From an uncultured Lentimicrobiaceae bacterium (lineage in GTDB: Bacteria; Bacteroidota; Bacteroidia; Bacteroidales; WCHB1-69), in NCBI GenBank assembly GCA_964610025.1, contig CAZSTX010000001.1, positions 8,219 to 72,218 on the forward strand: DNA of 64,000 nucleotides, read 5' to 3'. Shown piece after piece: positions 38,331-48,503 of this stretch (position 1 is the stretch's first letter; each line of letters opens with the position of its first letter). A program made the translations under genes and the position numbers. Below the pieces are notes generated by a model. The model was not told the DNA's origin. It did no database searches and saw nothing but the letters and a program-made list of their open reading frames with translations.

Positions 38331-39581
38331 TTAATTTATTTGAGAATCAATAAATTGAGTTAATTCTCCTAAACAATACACATAACTTCCAAATTCGTTG
38401 TCGTACCATCCCATTATTTTTGCATGTGTTACGGGAATATTTACTTCATTAATGCCATGTATTCCGGCTTGTGCTAAAATTTCAGCTTGAAGTTGCAAAA
38501 AACCTGTACGTGTGTGCAATTCATTTCCTTCAATAACAATTGCTGCTTCTAATCCCATAAGGTCGGAAGATACGCTTTGAATATCTGAAAAATGTAAAAG
38601 ATTTTTCTGTGAACCTGTCGCTGCTGTTTTATAAAGATTTTTAATATAATCGGCATTAATGAAAGGCATTCCATTTTCAGTTAATCGAGAGTTAAAAGTG
38701 ATGTTAAGCGAAATAAGAGATACTGTGGATGTTGGAATGCGAATAGAGTCAGCCATAAAGCCAAATGCAGCAGCTTGTGGAATGACTTTTTCGAGTGTTT
38801 TTGCTGCGCCTGTCGAACTTAAAATAATATTATTAAGTACTGATCTATTTTTGCGTAAATCTGAAGTTCCTATTGAAGGCACTGAATCGAGTACACTTTG
38901 TGTATTGGTTGCAGCATGTACTGTCGACATACTTGCAGTTAATACTCTTTTTGTTTCTTCATCGTCAAGCAATGGTTTTATCATGTGGGCAAGTCCGGTG
39001 GTAGTACAACTTGCGGCTGATATAATATGGTGTTTTTGTGGGTCGAATTTATTGTGATTGATGCCATATATTAATGTTGGATAATTGTCAGGGTTATCGA
39101 AAGCAGCATTTTTAATTTTAAATGGTGCACTTGCAATTACTTTTAATGCTCCAGCTTCTATATGCCCATTTAGGCTACCTTTAGTATCGTTTGCAGGCAG
39201 TGTAGGATCTAAAAACTTACCTGTACAATCGACAACAACTTTTACACCTGCATCTCTCCATTTAATATTTAGAGGATTTCTATCTGTATATAAAACTTTT
39301 ACAGTAATGCCGTCTATCATAATTACTCCTGCATCTCTGTCAAGAATTTGAATTTCAGCTTTTTTACCTGTATGTCCATACAAAAAGGTATCCAACTGCC
39401 CATAGGTTGTGTCGCGAGTCATAGTATGAATTAAATCTTCAAATTTTTTACCTACTTCTCGTCCTACATTAATGACAATAGTATCAAAATATCGCCTTGA
39501 CAAATGATACCATAAAGTGAGTTTTCCAATTCTTCCTAAACTATTGATCCCGAGTGTTTTTTTATTATTTATTTGAAACAT
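38331..39581 (-). CDS. Long-form glyceraldehyde-3-phosphate dehydrogenase family paralog
   Basis: 416 aa. It has the NAD-binding GINSLGRIGK, catalytic SAASCTTTG (Cys), TVHAATNTQ (His), STGAAKT, IRIPT and the C-terminal WYDNEFGS. Insertions relative to ~335-aa GAPDH are present (e.g. DPTLPANDTKGSLNG, FKIKNAAFDNPDNYP). Confidence 0.85.
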   Translation of the reverse strand: MFQINNKKTLGINSLGRIGKLTLWYHLSRRYFDTIVINVGREVGKKFEDLIHTMTRDTTYGQLDTFLYGHTGKKAEIQILDRDAGVIMIDGITVKVLYTDRNPLNIKWRDAGVKVVVDCTGKFLDPTLPANDTKGSLNGHIEAGALKVIASAPFKIKNAAFDNPDNYPTLIYGINHNKFDPQKHHIISAASCTTTGLAHMIKPLLDDEETKRVLTASMSTVHAATNTQSVLDSVPSIGTSDLRKNRSVLNNIILSSTGAAKTLEKVIPQAAAFGFMADSIRIPTSTVSLISLNITFNSRLTENGMPFINADYIKNLYKTAATGSQKNLLHFSDIQSVSSDLMGLEAAIVIEGNELHTRTGFLQLQAEILAQAGIHGINEVNIPVTHAKIMGWYDNEFGSYVYCLGELTQFIDSQIN

Positions 39582-39600
39582 GACTATGATTTTTTATAAG

Positions 39601-42600
39601 TTAAATTATTTCTTGCTTTTTTATAGGATAGTTTCCTTTATACACATTTCCTTTTATTCCATCTATTGCTATTAAATTAAACGAATGAAATTCGGTGCCA
39701 TTTATTATTGCTTTTTTTTGATTTTCATATACTGTCATATCAGCACAGTTTACGACACACACTTTTCCTAAAGAACCAGCAGTAACAGCAGCATGCGAAG
39801 TGGCGCCACCTTTTCCTGTTAGCAAACCTTCGCATTCAAAAATTAGCTCAATGTCGTCGGGAACTGTATCGGGTCTAACGAGTATAGCATTGTTAGTAGG
39901 ATATTTTTCTTTCATTATTAGTAAGTCTTCAAAATCGAAAACTACCATACCGTTTAATACTCTATTGCCAATACCGATTCCGCAACCTATTAGTTCCATT
40001 TCTTTTTCGGGAGTGGCAAAAACTTCGATTACATCTTGTTTGTTTATTATCATATCTCTTGTTTGCAGTATGTAAAGGTCTTCTGGTTCGGTGTATTCGA
40101 AAGTGAATTCTATTTCTTGATGTGCAAATCCGTGGTTTTCTATTAAGTCGTAAGCTATTTCTTTTAGTCGATTATAAATTTTTGGGAACGCCGATTCTAA
40201 AGAAATTTTGCTGTTGTGGTAATAGCGTTTTCGTTGGTTTTCGCTTATAGGTAAGGTGTTGATAAGTCCAGCTACAATATCTTCTCCTTGGCTGAGAAAC
40301 GAAAAGTCGCCAGTTAGATTAATGCCGGGAATATTGTCTTGTGTGTCGTGTGTAAATAAGACACCAGAGCCTGATTCTTTGTGTAGATTTCCAAATGTCA
40401 TTTGTTGTATAATGACAGCGGTACCCCATTCATCGGCAACTTGTAAATGTTCGCGGTAAACTTTTGCTCTTCCTATATCCCAGCTATTAAACACTGAAAT
40501 AATTGCTTGTTTGATTTGCTTAAATGGGTCTTCTTCGAAGGTAATACCATTTTTTTCTAAATGTTTTTTATAAGCAAAAGCAATGTCTCTCATGATTGTT
40601 GGAGTGAAATCAATTTTACGTTGAATATTATATTCATTTTTATAATCTAATATGATTTTATCGAAATCATTTCTACTGAGTCCATAAGCCATGCCCCATG
40701 TTTGTAGTAAACGACGATAGCAATCCCATGATGTCCATGGATAATTGTCTTTTTTACTTAACGTTTCGGTTATTTCGTCGTTCATTCCTACGTTTAAAAA
40801 AGTGTTCATTGCCCCAGGCATGCTAATAGCAGCACCCGACCTTACGCTAAGTAATAAAGGATTGTTGGGATTGCCAAACGAAAGATGGGTGATTTTTTCT
40901 AATTCTGAAATATATTTCATTATTAGCTCATCAATTTCATTGTATAAAGACTTTGTTTTCATAATAGATTTTAAGCGTCTAAATACTTCTGTTGTGATGA
41001 CAAAACCGGGAGGTACAGGAAAATTGTTGAGGTATAACTTTTTTAAATAATATGCTTTTGAGCCTAAAAAGACTTGATTGTCTATGTCGAGCGTTTCGCG
41101 GTATAGAGGACTTATAACACTGTCGGGATTATAAGTCATAATGTTTTTTATTTCAACGTCAGATAATGTGGTGCTTAATCGCCTTAAATTATTAAGTATT
41201 TTTCCAATGAAATTGTCAAGCGATTGAATGAGAAATGCAGACGATAGTAAATCTCTGTAAAAGATTTCGGATTGCTGCATGATGACTTTTCGTTTATTAT
41301 TTTCATTTTTATCTTTGTTATTAAAAAAATACATGGGAATGATTAGCGAAAGTTGTTTTTCGTAGGGTCTAATAAAATAGTTGTTGATTATCTCTTTTAA
41401 GTTTTTTTCCATAAATTGAAAAATGTTAATATACTGTCGAATAGTAAAACTTTCGGAAGTTAAACTATACTGTAACATTTTTAAATTAGAGTCAAATCCT
41501 TGGTCATAAATTCCATCAAGACTTAATCCTTCTCTGATGAGTTGAATAACAGAGAAAACATTTTTGAGTGTTTTTGCCGTAAAATATTCTGTTTTTATTT
41601 CATTAATTATTTTTTCTACCAATGTAGAGGCAATTTGTTCTAATCGGAATGTAAGCCCCATAGCTTCAAATTTCTCTTCATGATATTGGCCATACATAGA
41701 AGGAATACCAAATGCAATATGTCGTTTGTAATAAATGTTTTCCCATCCTTCGCTCTGTTTTGAATCAAAAATCTTTTCATTTAATTGTTTCATTAGTGAA
41801 TAGATAATTTTTAAAGCTTCAAAATTATTTTCTTTATCAATATGTATGATTAAGGAGTCGATAGTGTTTTGTTCTATGTGATGAAATTTTGTCAATAAAA
41901 CTCCCAAATCGTTAGTGGAAAATAAATACTTTTCTTTTAGCAATTGGTATAATTCTATTATTAAGGCAACACGTTGACAATCTTTGTTTTTTGATTGAGG
42001 TATTTTGTTTAAATAATTTTTCAGTGTAACTTTATCAAGTTTTATTAAGTCTTCGAGTTGGCAATTGTTGGCTTGGCATGTTTTTACTAACACTTTGTTT
42101 ACGCCGTCAACCCATTGTCCTTCGACATCTATTGTTGTGTATACATTTTCAGGTACAATAGCTTGAAGTACTTTTTTGTTTTTATGGTACCAAAATTTAA
42201 TTATTTCTAAAGTAATCTTAATATGCGAATTGCTTCCTTCTGTATGTACTTGTTTTCTTAAAAAATGAATTAGTTTATCGGCACGATTTGAAATTTCATC
42301 AATTTTTGTAGTTACATCTCTCAATTGTCCTTCGGCTCCAATTTCGTTGAAATATACGGGATATATTCTTAATAATTGCTTTACTTGTTTATAAATAGGC
42401 GAGATGTTGGCATTTAAAAATTTTGTAATATCTTTTTGAAAGAGATCGGTATCGAAGATAAAAATACCTCCTATGCGTAAATTGATAATAAGAGATGATA
42501 ACAGTTTTTTCATTGTAAGAGGGTCGTATGCAATGAGTTCTTGCCATACACGTATGTTTTTAATATGGTTGGGGTCAACTTTTACTTCCCAATCGTTGGT

Positions 42601-43701
42601 TAAATAAGCAACACCCGGACTAATAAAACCGAATAAAATAGTTTTTTCTTCGAAATAATGTATTAAATCCTTGTTTTTTGTATTGATAATTTCTTTTCCT
42701 AAAGTCAAAATAGAATCAAGTATAAAACTTGTGTTGCTTAACTTAAAGTCGGCAAATAAAGAATATAAAATGTCTATTGAATTAATACATTGTGTTTTAT
42801 TACATTCTCCACTTATTCTTTTTATGGCTTTATTTAAATCGACCAGAATATAATCTCTATGGAATATTGTTCCAGGGAGATGGAGCAGATAGAATATAAA
42901 TACAAATTGATCAGTGGCTTCTTTAAAATCTATAATTTTATTTCTCAGAAATTCAATAATTTCAGAAAAAGTAAAGCTGTATTTTATAAGTTCGCTAAAT
43001 GTAGTAGCTTCGTTGATACGTTGTCTGTAGTTGTTATATAATTTTTTCCCTATTTGTTCGATATTTTCTGAATAATCTTTAGAAAATTTATCATTTACAC
43101 TTTTATACCATTCTTCAATTTTAGTTGTATTTTCCCAAAAATCAATACTTTCGTTTAAAAGTCTTTTTGTGAAATCGAAAACTAATTGTTTGTTATCTTC
43201 ATCGTGTGCTGCTTCTTTTAAAGAAGTCCTAAAAAACGAAATATTACTAAGATAGCTGAACAGGTTTTCTTCCATATTTTCGTTAAGCAACTCTATAAAG
43301 TGTTTTATCCCATTTTTTAATGATTTTATATCGTTAAAATTAGTGGAAAAAAATTGCAAATAATTTTGTATAACATATTTAGATTCTTTAATTTCTAATT
43401 TTCTATTGAGTAGTATTTTGAAAATTCCAAATAAAATGTCATAAATTTTTTCTTTTTCTTCAAGTTGTTTATATATCCAAAATTCGTCGCTTAGAATTTT
43501 GATGAGGGCATCGACAACTATTTTGTTGTTCGAATAAGGGTGATGTAGTTCTTTAAAAAAATGGGAAGTGCGTTGGTTAATTCCATAATAATTGACAGAA
43601 AGAGATAAAAACCAAATATGCTCTTCTGGAATATCAACTTTAATTTTTTGAGTTTCAGAAAGATTAACTTCAAGCGCTTTCGATTTTATTTTTTGTTTCA
43701 T
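39601..43701 (-). CDS. 1366-aa protein: an unknown ~876-aa N-terminal region fused to PPDK-type ATP-grasp and phospho-histidine (swivel) domains, with no PEP/pyruvate-binding domain
   Basis: Residues 877-1366 (nt 39604-41073) are colinear with the N-terminal half of pyruvate phosphate dikinase: GSKAYYL..L.....PVPPGFVITTE, NPLLLSVRSGAAISMPGAMNTFLNVGMND, WDCYRRLLQ, VFNSW...RAKVYR, EWGTAVIIQQMTFGN, GSGVLFT, QGEDIVAG, QEIEFTFE...LYILQTRD, VRPDT.PDDI......GLLTGKGGATSHAAVTA (His at nt 39793-39795). The protein ends about 60 aa after the His motif. Confidence 0.85.
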   Translation of the reverse strand: MKQKIKSKALEVNLSETQKIKVDIPEEHIWFLSLSVNYYGINQRTSHFFKELHHPYSNNKIVVDALIKILSDEFWIYKQLEEKEKIYDILFGIFKILLNRKLEIKESKYVIQNYLQFFSTNFNDIKSLKNGIKHFIELLNENMEENLFSYLSNISFFRTSLKEAAHDEDNKQLVFDFTKRLLNESIDFWENTTKIEEWYKSVNDKFSKDYSENIEQIGKKLYNNYRQRINEATTFSELIKYSFTFSEIIEFLRNKIIDFKEATDQFVFIFYLLHLPGTIFHRDYILVDLNKAIKRISGECNKTQCINSIDILYSLFADFKLSNTSFILDSILTLGKEIINTKNKDLIHYFEEKTILFGFISPGVAYLTNDWEVKVDPNHIKNIRVWQELIAYDPLTMKKLLSSLIINLRIGGIFIFDTDLFQKDITKFLNANISPIYKQVKQLLRIYPVYFNEIGAEGQLRDVTTKIDEISNRADKLIHFLRKQVHTEGSNSHIKITLEIIKFWYHKNKKVLQAIVPENVYTTIDVEGQWVDGVNKVLVKTCQANNCQLEDLIKLDKVTLKNYLNKIPQSKNKDCQRVALIIELYQLLKEKYLFSTNDLGVLLTKFHHIEQNTIDSLIIHIDKENNFEALKIIYSLMKQLNEKIFDSKQSEGWENIYYKRHIAFGIPSMYGQYHEEKFEAMGLTFRLEQIASTLVEKIINEIKTEYFTAKTLKNVFSVIQLIREGLSLDGIYDQGFDSNLKMLQYSLTSESFTIRQYINIFQFMEKNLKEIINNYFIRPYEKQLSLIIPMYFFNNKDKNENNKRKVIMQQSEIFYRDLLSSAFLIQSLDNFIGKILNNLRRLSTTLSDVEIKNIMTYNPDSVISPLYRETLDIDNQVFLGSKAYYLKKLYLNNFPVPPGFVITTEVFRRLKSIMKTKSLYNEIDELIMKYISELEKITHLSFGNPNNPLLLSVRSGAAISMPGAMNTFLNVGMNDEITETLSKKDNYPWTSWDCYRRLLQTWGMAYGLSRNDFDKIILDYKNEYNIQRKIDFTPTIMRDIAFAYKKHLEKNGITFEEDPFKQIKQAIISVFNSWDIGRAKVYREHLQVADEWGTAVIIQQMTFGNLHKESGSGVLFTHDTQDNIPGINLTGDFSFLSQGEDIVAGLINTLPISENQRKRYYHNSKISLESAFPKIYNRLKEIAYDLIENHGFAHQEIEFTFEYTEPEDLYILQTRDMIINKQDVIEVFATPEKEMELIGCGIGIGNRVLNGMVVFDFEDLLIMKEKYPTNNAILVRPDTVPDDIELIFECEGLLTGKGGATSHAAVTAGSLGKVCVVNCADMTVYENQKKAIINGTEFHSFNLIAIDGIKGNVYKGNYPIKKQEII

Positions 43702-44699
43702 AATTGAGAAATATGTTTAATTAAATCAATAATTCTGGCGGAGTAGCCGGCTTCATTATCATACCAAGCAACAATTTGAATTAAATCTCCGCCAACAACA
43801 CGTGTTAGTTGCGAATCGAAAATAGCCGAATGTTTATTGCTTTGAATATCACTGCTAACAATGGGTGCATCGGTATATTCTAAGTATTCTTTTAGTTTTT
43901 CTTCCGATTCTTTGAGAAATGCAGCATTAATATCATCAACACTGACATTTGTCGTTAATTGTGCAGTAAGTTCAACAAACGAACAATCGGCAATGGGAAC
44001 ACGCGATGCAAAACCATCAAAATTATTTTTTAATGATGGAAATATGGCTTTAGTAGCTGCGATAGCCGAAGTCGTTGTTGGGATAATGTTGTTGAATGCC
44101 GATCTTGCCCTACGCAAATCTTTATGAAATCCATCTTGTAAATTTTGATTGTTAGTAAAAGGATGTATGGTATTCATAAAAGCCCTTGTTACCCCAAAAT
44201 TATCAAATAGCACTTTTAACATAATTGCAACACAATTCGTTGTGCAAGAGACATTGGAAATAATTTTATCGTTAATAGTAATGTTGTTGTGATTAACACC
44301 CATTACTACTGTCCGACTTATTGAATCATCGTCTGCAGGAGCGCTTAATATAACAGTTTTTGCTCCCATATCTAAATGACCTTGAAGACTGGAGGATGTT
44401 TTAAATTTACCGCTCGCATCGACAACAATGTCTATCCCATTTTTTTTCCATGGTATTTGAGATGGGTGTATAAAATGTGTAACTACTACTTGTTTACCAT
44501 TGACATAAATAAAATTTTCTTTATGGCTTATATCTATCTTATATTGACCATGTAAACTGTCGTATTTTAAAAGATGTGCAATTGTTTCGGTTGGCATAGG
44601 ATCGTTTATTTGTATTAAATTAACGTTAGTGTCACTTAAAAGCATGCGGCAAACTAATTTGCCAATTCTTCCAAAACCATTTACTCCTAATTGTATCAT
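43698..44699 (-). CDS. gap: Glyceraldehyde-3-phosphate dehydrogenase, type I
   Basis: 333 aa with GVNGFGRIGKL, SNVSCTTNC, TIHPFTNNQ, SRVP and AWYDNEAGYS motifs. Its stop overlaps the start of the 1366-aa gene (ATGA). Confidence 0.9.
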   Translation of the reverse strand: MIQLGVNGFGRIGKLVCRMLLSDTNVNLIQINDPMPTETIAHLLKYDSLHGQYKIDISHKENFIYVNGKQVVVTHFIHPSQIPWKKNGIDIVVDASGKFKTSSSLQGHLDMGAKTVILSAPADDDSISRTVVMGVNHNNITINDKIISNVSCTTNCVAIMLKVLFDNFGVTRAFMNTIHPFTNNQNLQDGFHKDLRRARSAFNNIIPTTTSAIAATKAIFPSLKNNFDGFASRVPIADCSFVELTAQLTTNVSVDDINAAFLKESEEKLKEYLEYTDAPIVSSDIQSNKHSAIFDSQLTRVVGGDLIQIVAWYDNEAGYSARIIDLIKHISQL

Positions 44700-44777
44700 T
44701 TTTTTTTATTTAAAAAATTTTAAAGCCTTGTTTATTTTGGTGTTATTTAGATTAAAGAATTGTATTTTATTTTTCTA

Positions 44778-44785
44778 CAAAGTTA
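44778..44785 (-). promoter_or_regulatory. Candidate -7 box (TAACTTTG on the - strand) for the gap operon
   Basis: This is the only TAnnTTTG match in the 98-nt pfkB-gap spacer. It lies about 79 nt upstream of the gap ATG, which implies a long leader. Read-through from pfkB is the alternative. Confidence 0.35.
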
Positions 44786-44797
44786 AATATTTTTTCT

Positions 44798-45769
44798 CTA
44801 TGATTTTATGTTTTTTAATATTTTATTCCACTGATCATCTGAAAATTTAGGACCAATTACTTTTATAATTTCTGATGATAAATAAGATCCATATTTTCCA
44901 CAAATATCTAAGGGGTAATTGTTTATGTATCCATATAAAAATCCAGATGCGTAAATGTCGCCTGCACCGGTGGTATCTCTGCAATTAGCTGCATAAGGTT
45001 GTATAATATATTGTTGATTTTCTTTTTTAATTAAAGACCCTTTGTCGCCAATTTTTACAATAGCAATATCGCAAACTTCGGCAATTTTTTCGAGTGCTTT
45101 TTCGGGTTCATAACCTGTGAAGGCTTTTGCTTCTTCTTCATTAGCAAATACAATATCTACATATTTTTCTACTAACTCATGCAGAAAGTCATAATTTTCT
45201 TTTACGATATTATAACTTGCTAAATCTAAGGATACGATTAGTCCTTTTGATTTGGCAAGTGCTACTGCTTTTTTTATAAGGTCATGGCTTTGAACTAAAT
45301 AACCTTCTATGTGAAAAACATTATACCCATCAAATATTTCTTCTGAAATATCATTAGTAGTAAGTTCGGAGGCGGCGCCTAAGTAGGTGGCAAATGTGCG
45401 TTCACCGTCTTTAGAAACAAAAGTTAAAGCAAAACCTGACATGGCATCTGATTCGATAAGTAATGGCTGGGTGCCACTTTTTTTTATGTCATTATAAAAT
45501 AATTTTCCTTTGCTATCGCTTCCTATTTTACCTACAAATCCGGTAGTGGTTCCAAGTCGTGATAGCCCGTGTATGGTGTTAGCTGCCGAGCCACCTGTAG
45601 ATAATGTTTTATTTAAATGTGCTGTTTGGTTGTCTATGAGTTTAGCCTTTTTATGGTCAATGAGTTGCATGCTTCCTTTGGGTAAATTAAAGGTAGTTAA
45701 TAATTGGTCGTTATTGAGTTCCATTAAAACATCTACTAATGCGTTGCCTATGCCTAATACTTTTTTCAT
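44798..45769 (-). CDS. PfkB-family carbohydrate/nucleoside kinase (adenosine-kinase-like)
   Basis: 323 aa with GIGNALVD, GGSAANT and DTTGAGDIYASGFLYG (the ribokinase-family signature). Confidence 0.88.
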   Translation of the reverse strand: MKKVLGIGNALVDVLMELNNDQLLTTFNLPKGSMQLIDHKKAKLIDNQTAHLNKTLSTGGSAANTIHGLSRLGTTTGFVGKIGSDSKGKLFYNDIKKSGTQPLLIESDAMSGFALTFVSKDGERTFATYLGAASELTTNDISEEIFDGYNVFHIEGYLVQSHDLIKKAVALAKSKGLIVSLDLASYNIVKENYDFLHELVEKYVDIVFANEEEAKAFTGYEPEKALEKIAEVCDIAIVKIGDKGSLIKKENQQYIIQPYAANCRDTTGAGDIYASGFLYGYINNYPLDICGKYGSYLSSEIIKVIGPKFSDDQWNKILKNIKS

Positions 45770-45797
45770 GATATTATATATTTAATTTATTACATGG

Positions 45798-46595
45798 TTA
45801 ATAGGGTTTTGCTATTAAATAATAAGCTGTAGTGTAAAAGTTGCGTAAGTAGGGGATCCATTTAAATGGAAATACTACTTTTTTTGGACGTAGTTGAAAT
45901 TTAATTTCATAATTGGGATTAATAAAGTAGTAATCGTTTTTTAGAATGGTGTATTTTTCTTTTCGTAATATTCGATGAAAACGTTCAATAGAAAGTCCTG
46001 TTTCTTTAATTTCTAATAAATCAACGGGATTTTCTCCAAAATAAAGTAATAGTTTCCGATAAAATGGTGTAGGCAGTAAATGTATGTAGGGTATTTTCGA
46101 TAATTTACTTTGACATATTTGCTGGTGTCCACCAAATGGGTTTTGCCATGGAGGAAATCCGAAAAAAATAATACCTTCTGGTTTTAAAAATTTTTTAACA
46201 TATTGCATAAACAATTCTTGCTGATGGATATGCTCAATAACATCGCGCATAATAATTATATCAAAAACAAGATTTTCTCTATCAATATGGTAAATGTTTG
46301 AATGTATAAATTCTATTTTATCTTTGTGTGGATGGTCGTTATAAAAAACTTTTGCATTCTTAATTTGTTGTTCATTGATATCAATTCCAACACATCGGCA
46401 TTGCATATCTAAAAAAGCTTTAAGATTACCGCCTTCGCCACATCCTATTTCTAAAATTTCGGTATCTTTGTTGATAGAAAATACTTTATTAATATAAGGA
46501 ATGACATGTTTTTTAGTAGTAAAAACTTGTTCTTCAAAATAAAGTTTTCTATTTAAATATCGCTCGTGCATTTTGTTTTTTTTAAGAACGGTCAA
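45798..46595 (-). CDS. Class I SAM-dependent methyltransferase
   Basis: 265 aa with motif [12 protein letters not shown] and motif post-[14 protein letters not shown]. An alternative start at 46571 (MHERYL) would remove the 14-nt overlap with aspS. Confidence 0.8.
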   Translation of the reverse strand: MTVLKKNKMHERYLNRKLYFEEQVFTTKKHVIPYINKVFSINKDTEILEIGCGEGGNLKAFLDMQCRCVGIDINEQQIKNAKVFYNDHPHKDKIEFIHSNIYHIDRENLVFDIIIMRDVIEHIHQQELFMQYVKKFLKPEGIIFFGFPPWQNPFGGHQQICQSKLSKIPYIHLLPTPFYRKLLLYFGENPVDLLEIKETGLSIERFHRILRKEKYTILKNDYYFINPNYEIKFQLRPKKVVFPFKWIPYLRNFYTTAYYLIAKPY

Positions 46596-48333
46596 TTTTT
46601 AGAAATAATTCTTTTAGTTGTTCGCTACTAATTTCGTAGGGTGCATTAATCATAACGTCTCGTCCGAGATTGTTTTTAGGAAAGGCTATACAATCGCGTA
46701 TAGAATCAATGCCATTGAATACTGCACACATACGGTCAAATCCGAAAGCGATACCACCGTGAGGAGGAGCACCGTATTCAAAAGCATTCATCAAAAAACC
46801 AAATTGTTTTTGCGCTTCATTATCTGTAAATCCTAAGGATTGAAATATTTTATTTTGCAAATCTCTCTTATGGATACGAATAGAACCTCCACCAATTTCT
46901 ACCCCATTGATTACTAAATCGTATGCATTAGCGTGTATGTTGGCTATATGTTCGCTATCTAATAAAGGAATATCTTCTGGTTTAGGTGAAGTAAATGGGT
47001 GATGTTTAGCATAAAATCGTTGCGTTTCTTCGTCCCATTCAAACATTGGAAAATCAACTACCCAAACAGCTTTGAAATGTTCTTTGTTGCGTAATTCTAA
47101 TCGATTACCCATTTCTAAACGTAATTCTCCGAGAGCTTTTCTTGTTTTTTCTGTTTTCCCTGAAAGAATGAGTATTAAATCATCTTTTGTAGCTTTAAAG
47201 GCATCAGCAACTTTTTTTAGGTCTTCTTGATTGTAAAATTTATCAATAGAAGATTTAAAAGTGTTGTTTTCTAAACATTGTATATATACCATGCCGTTTG
47301 CACCTATTTGAGGGCGTTTGACAAATTCGGTTAATTCGTCAATTTGTTTGCGTGTGTACTTACTACATCCTTTAGCACAAATACCTATTATTGATTCGGC
47401 TTCATTAAAAATTTTGAAATCTCTATGTTGTAGAAGATTATTTAGCTCTACAAACTGCATGTCAAAACGTATATCTGGTTTGTCGCTACCATAAAATTTC
47501 ATAGCATCATGATAAGTAATGCGTTGAAAGTCTGATAATTCTATATTCTTAAATTTTCTAAATAAATGAATAAATAATTTTTCAAATATTTTTATTACAT
47601 CTTCTTGTGTAACAAACGACATTTCGCAATCGATTTGTGTAAATTCAGGCTGACGATCAGCTCTGAGGTCTTCGTCTCTAAAACAACGTACAATTTGAAA
47701 ATACTTATCTACTCCTGCTATCATTAGCAATTGTTTAAATTGCTGAGGTGATTGTGGAAGAGCATAAAACTGTCCTGCATTTAATCGAGAAGGAACCACA
47801 AAGTCGCGTGCACCTTCAGGTGTTGAACGAATGAGAAAAGGGGTTTCTATTTCTAAAAAATCAATATTATTTAAATAATTACGTATTTCAATAGCTAATT
47901 GATGACGAAATATTATTTTTTTTTGAACATTATTACGTCTTAAATCTAAATAACGGTATTGCATGCGTAATTCTTCGCCTCCGTCTGTATGGTCTTCGAT
48001 AGTAAAAGGAGGTAATTTAGAAGTATTTAGAATATTAATTTTTTTTACATTTATTTCAATGTCGCCAGTAGGAATAGATTTGTTTTTATTAAAACGTTCT
48101 ACTACTATTCCTTCTACTTGTATTACATATTCACGTCCTAATTTACGTGCTTTTTCGCACAATTCACTATTAGTATCCATGTTAAATGCTAATTGTGTAA
48201 TGCCATAACGGTCACGCAAATCAATAAAAGTCATTCCGCCTAAATTGCGTATGCGTTGAACCCATCCACAAAGGTGAACATGTTGCTCTATATTGCTGCT
48301 GTTTAATTCTCCACAAGTATTTGTTCTATACAT
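46582..48333 (-). CDS. aspS: Aspartate--tRNA ligase
   Basis: 583 aa with an OB-fold N-terminus ([22 protein letters not shown]), class II motifs ([28 protein letters not shown]) and the bacterial GAD insertion. Confidence 0.96.
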   Translation of the reverse strand: MYRTNTCGELNSSNIEQHVHLCGWVQRIRNLGGMTFIDLRDRYGITQLAFNMDTNSELCEKARKLGREYVIQVEGIVVERFNKNKSIPTGDIEINVKKINILNTSKLPPFTIEDHTDGGEELRMQYRYLDLRRNNVQKKIIFRHQLAIEIRNYLNNIDFLEIETPFLIRSTPEGARDFVVPSRLNAGQFYALPQSPQQFKQLLMIAGVDKYFQIVRCFRDEDLRADRQPEFTQIDCEMSFVTQEDVIKIFEKLFIHLFRKFKNIELSDFQRITYHDAMKFYGSDKPDIRFDMQFVELNNLLQHRDFKIFNEAESIIGICAKGCSKYTRKQIDELTEFVKRPQIGANGMVYIQCLENNTFKSSIDKFYNQEDLKKVADAFKATKDDLILILSGKTEKTRKALGELRLEMGNRLELRNKEHFKAVWVVDFPMFEWDEETQRFYAKHHPFTSPKPEDIPLLDSEHIANIHANAYDLVINGVEIGGGSIRIHKRDLQNKIFQSLGFTDNEAQKQFGFLMNAFEYGAPPHGGIAFGFDRMCAVFNGIDSIRDCIAFPKNNLGRDVMINAPYEISSEQLKELFLKIDRS

Positions 48334-48503
48334 TGTTATATTTAATTGAAAATAAATAGATAAATAAATGCAAAGGTAATATTTTTTTTTAGATACTGCT
48401 TTAGCTTCTTTCTTTTTAGCAAATCTTTTTTTTTGATGTACTATTGTTTTTTTTTATACATTTGCATTATTAATTTTTTTACAAATATATAAATTTTAAT
48501 AAA

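Noticed and set aside
38659-39351. 132-aa and 88-aa plus-strand ORFs inside the long GAPDH paralog
   Set aside because: Both are antisense to a gene with a complete set of GAPDH catalytic motifs, and their products are low-complexity S/A/V-rich sequence.
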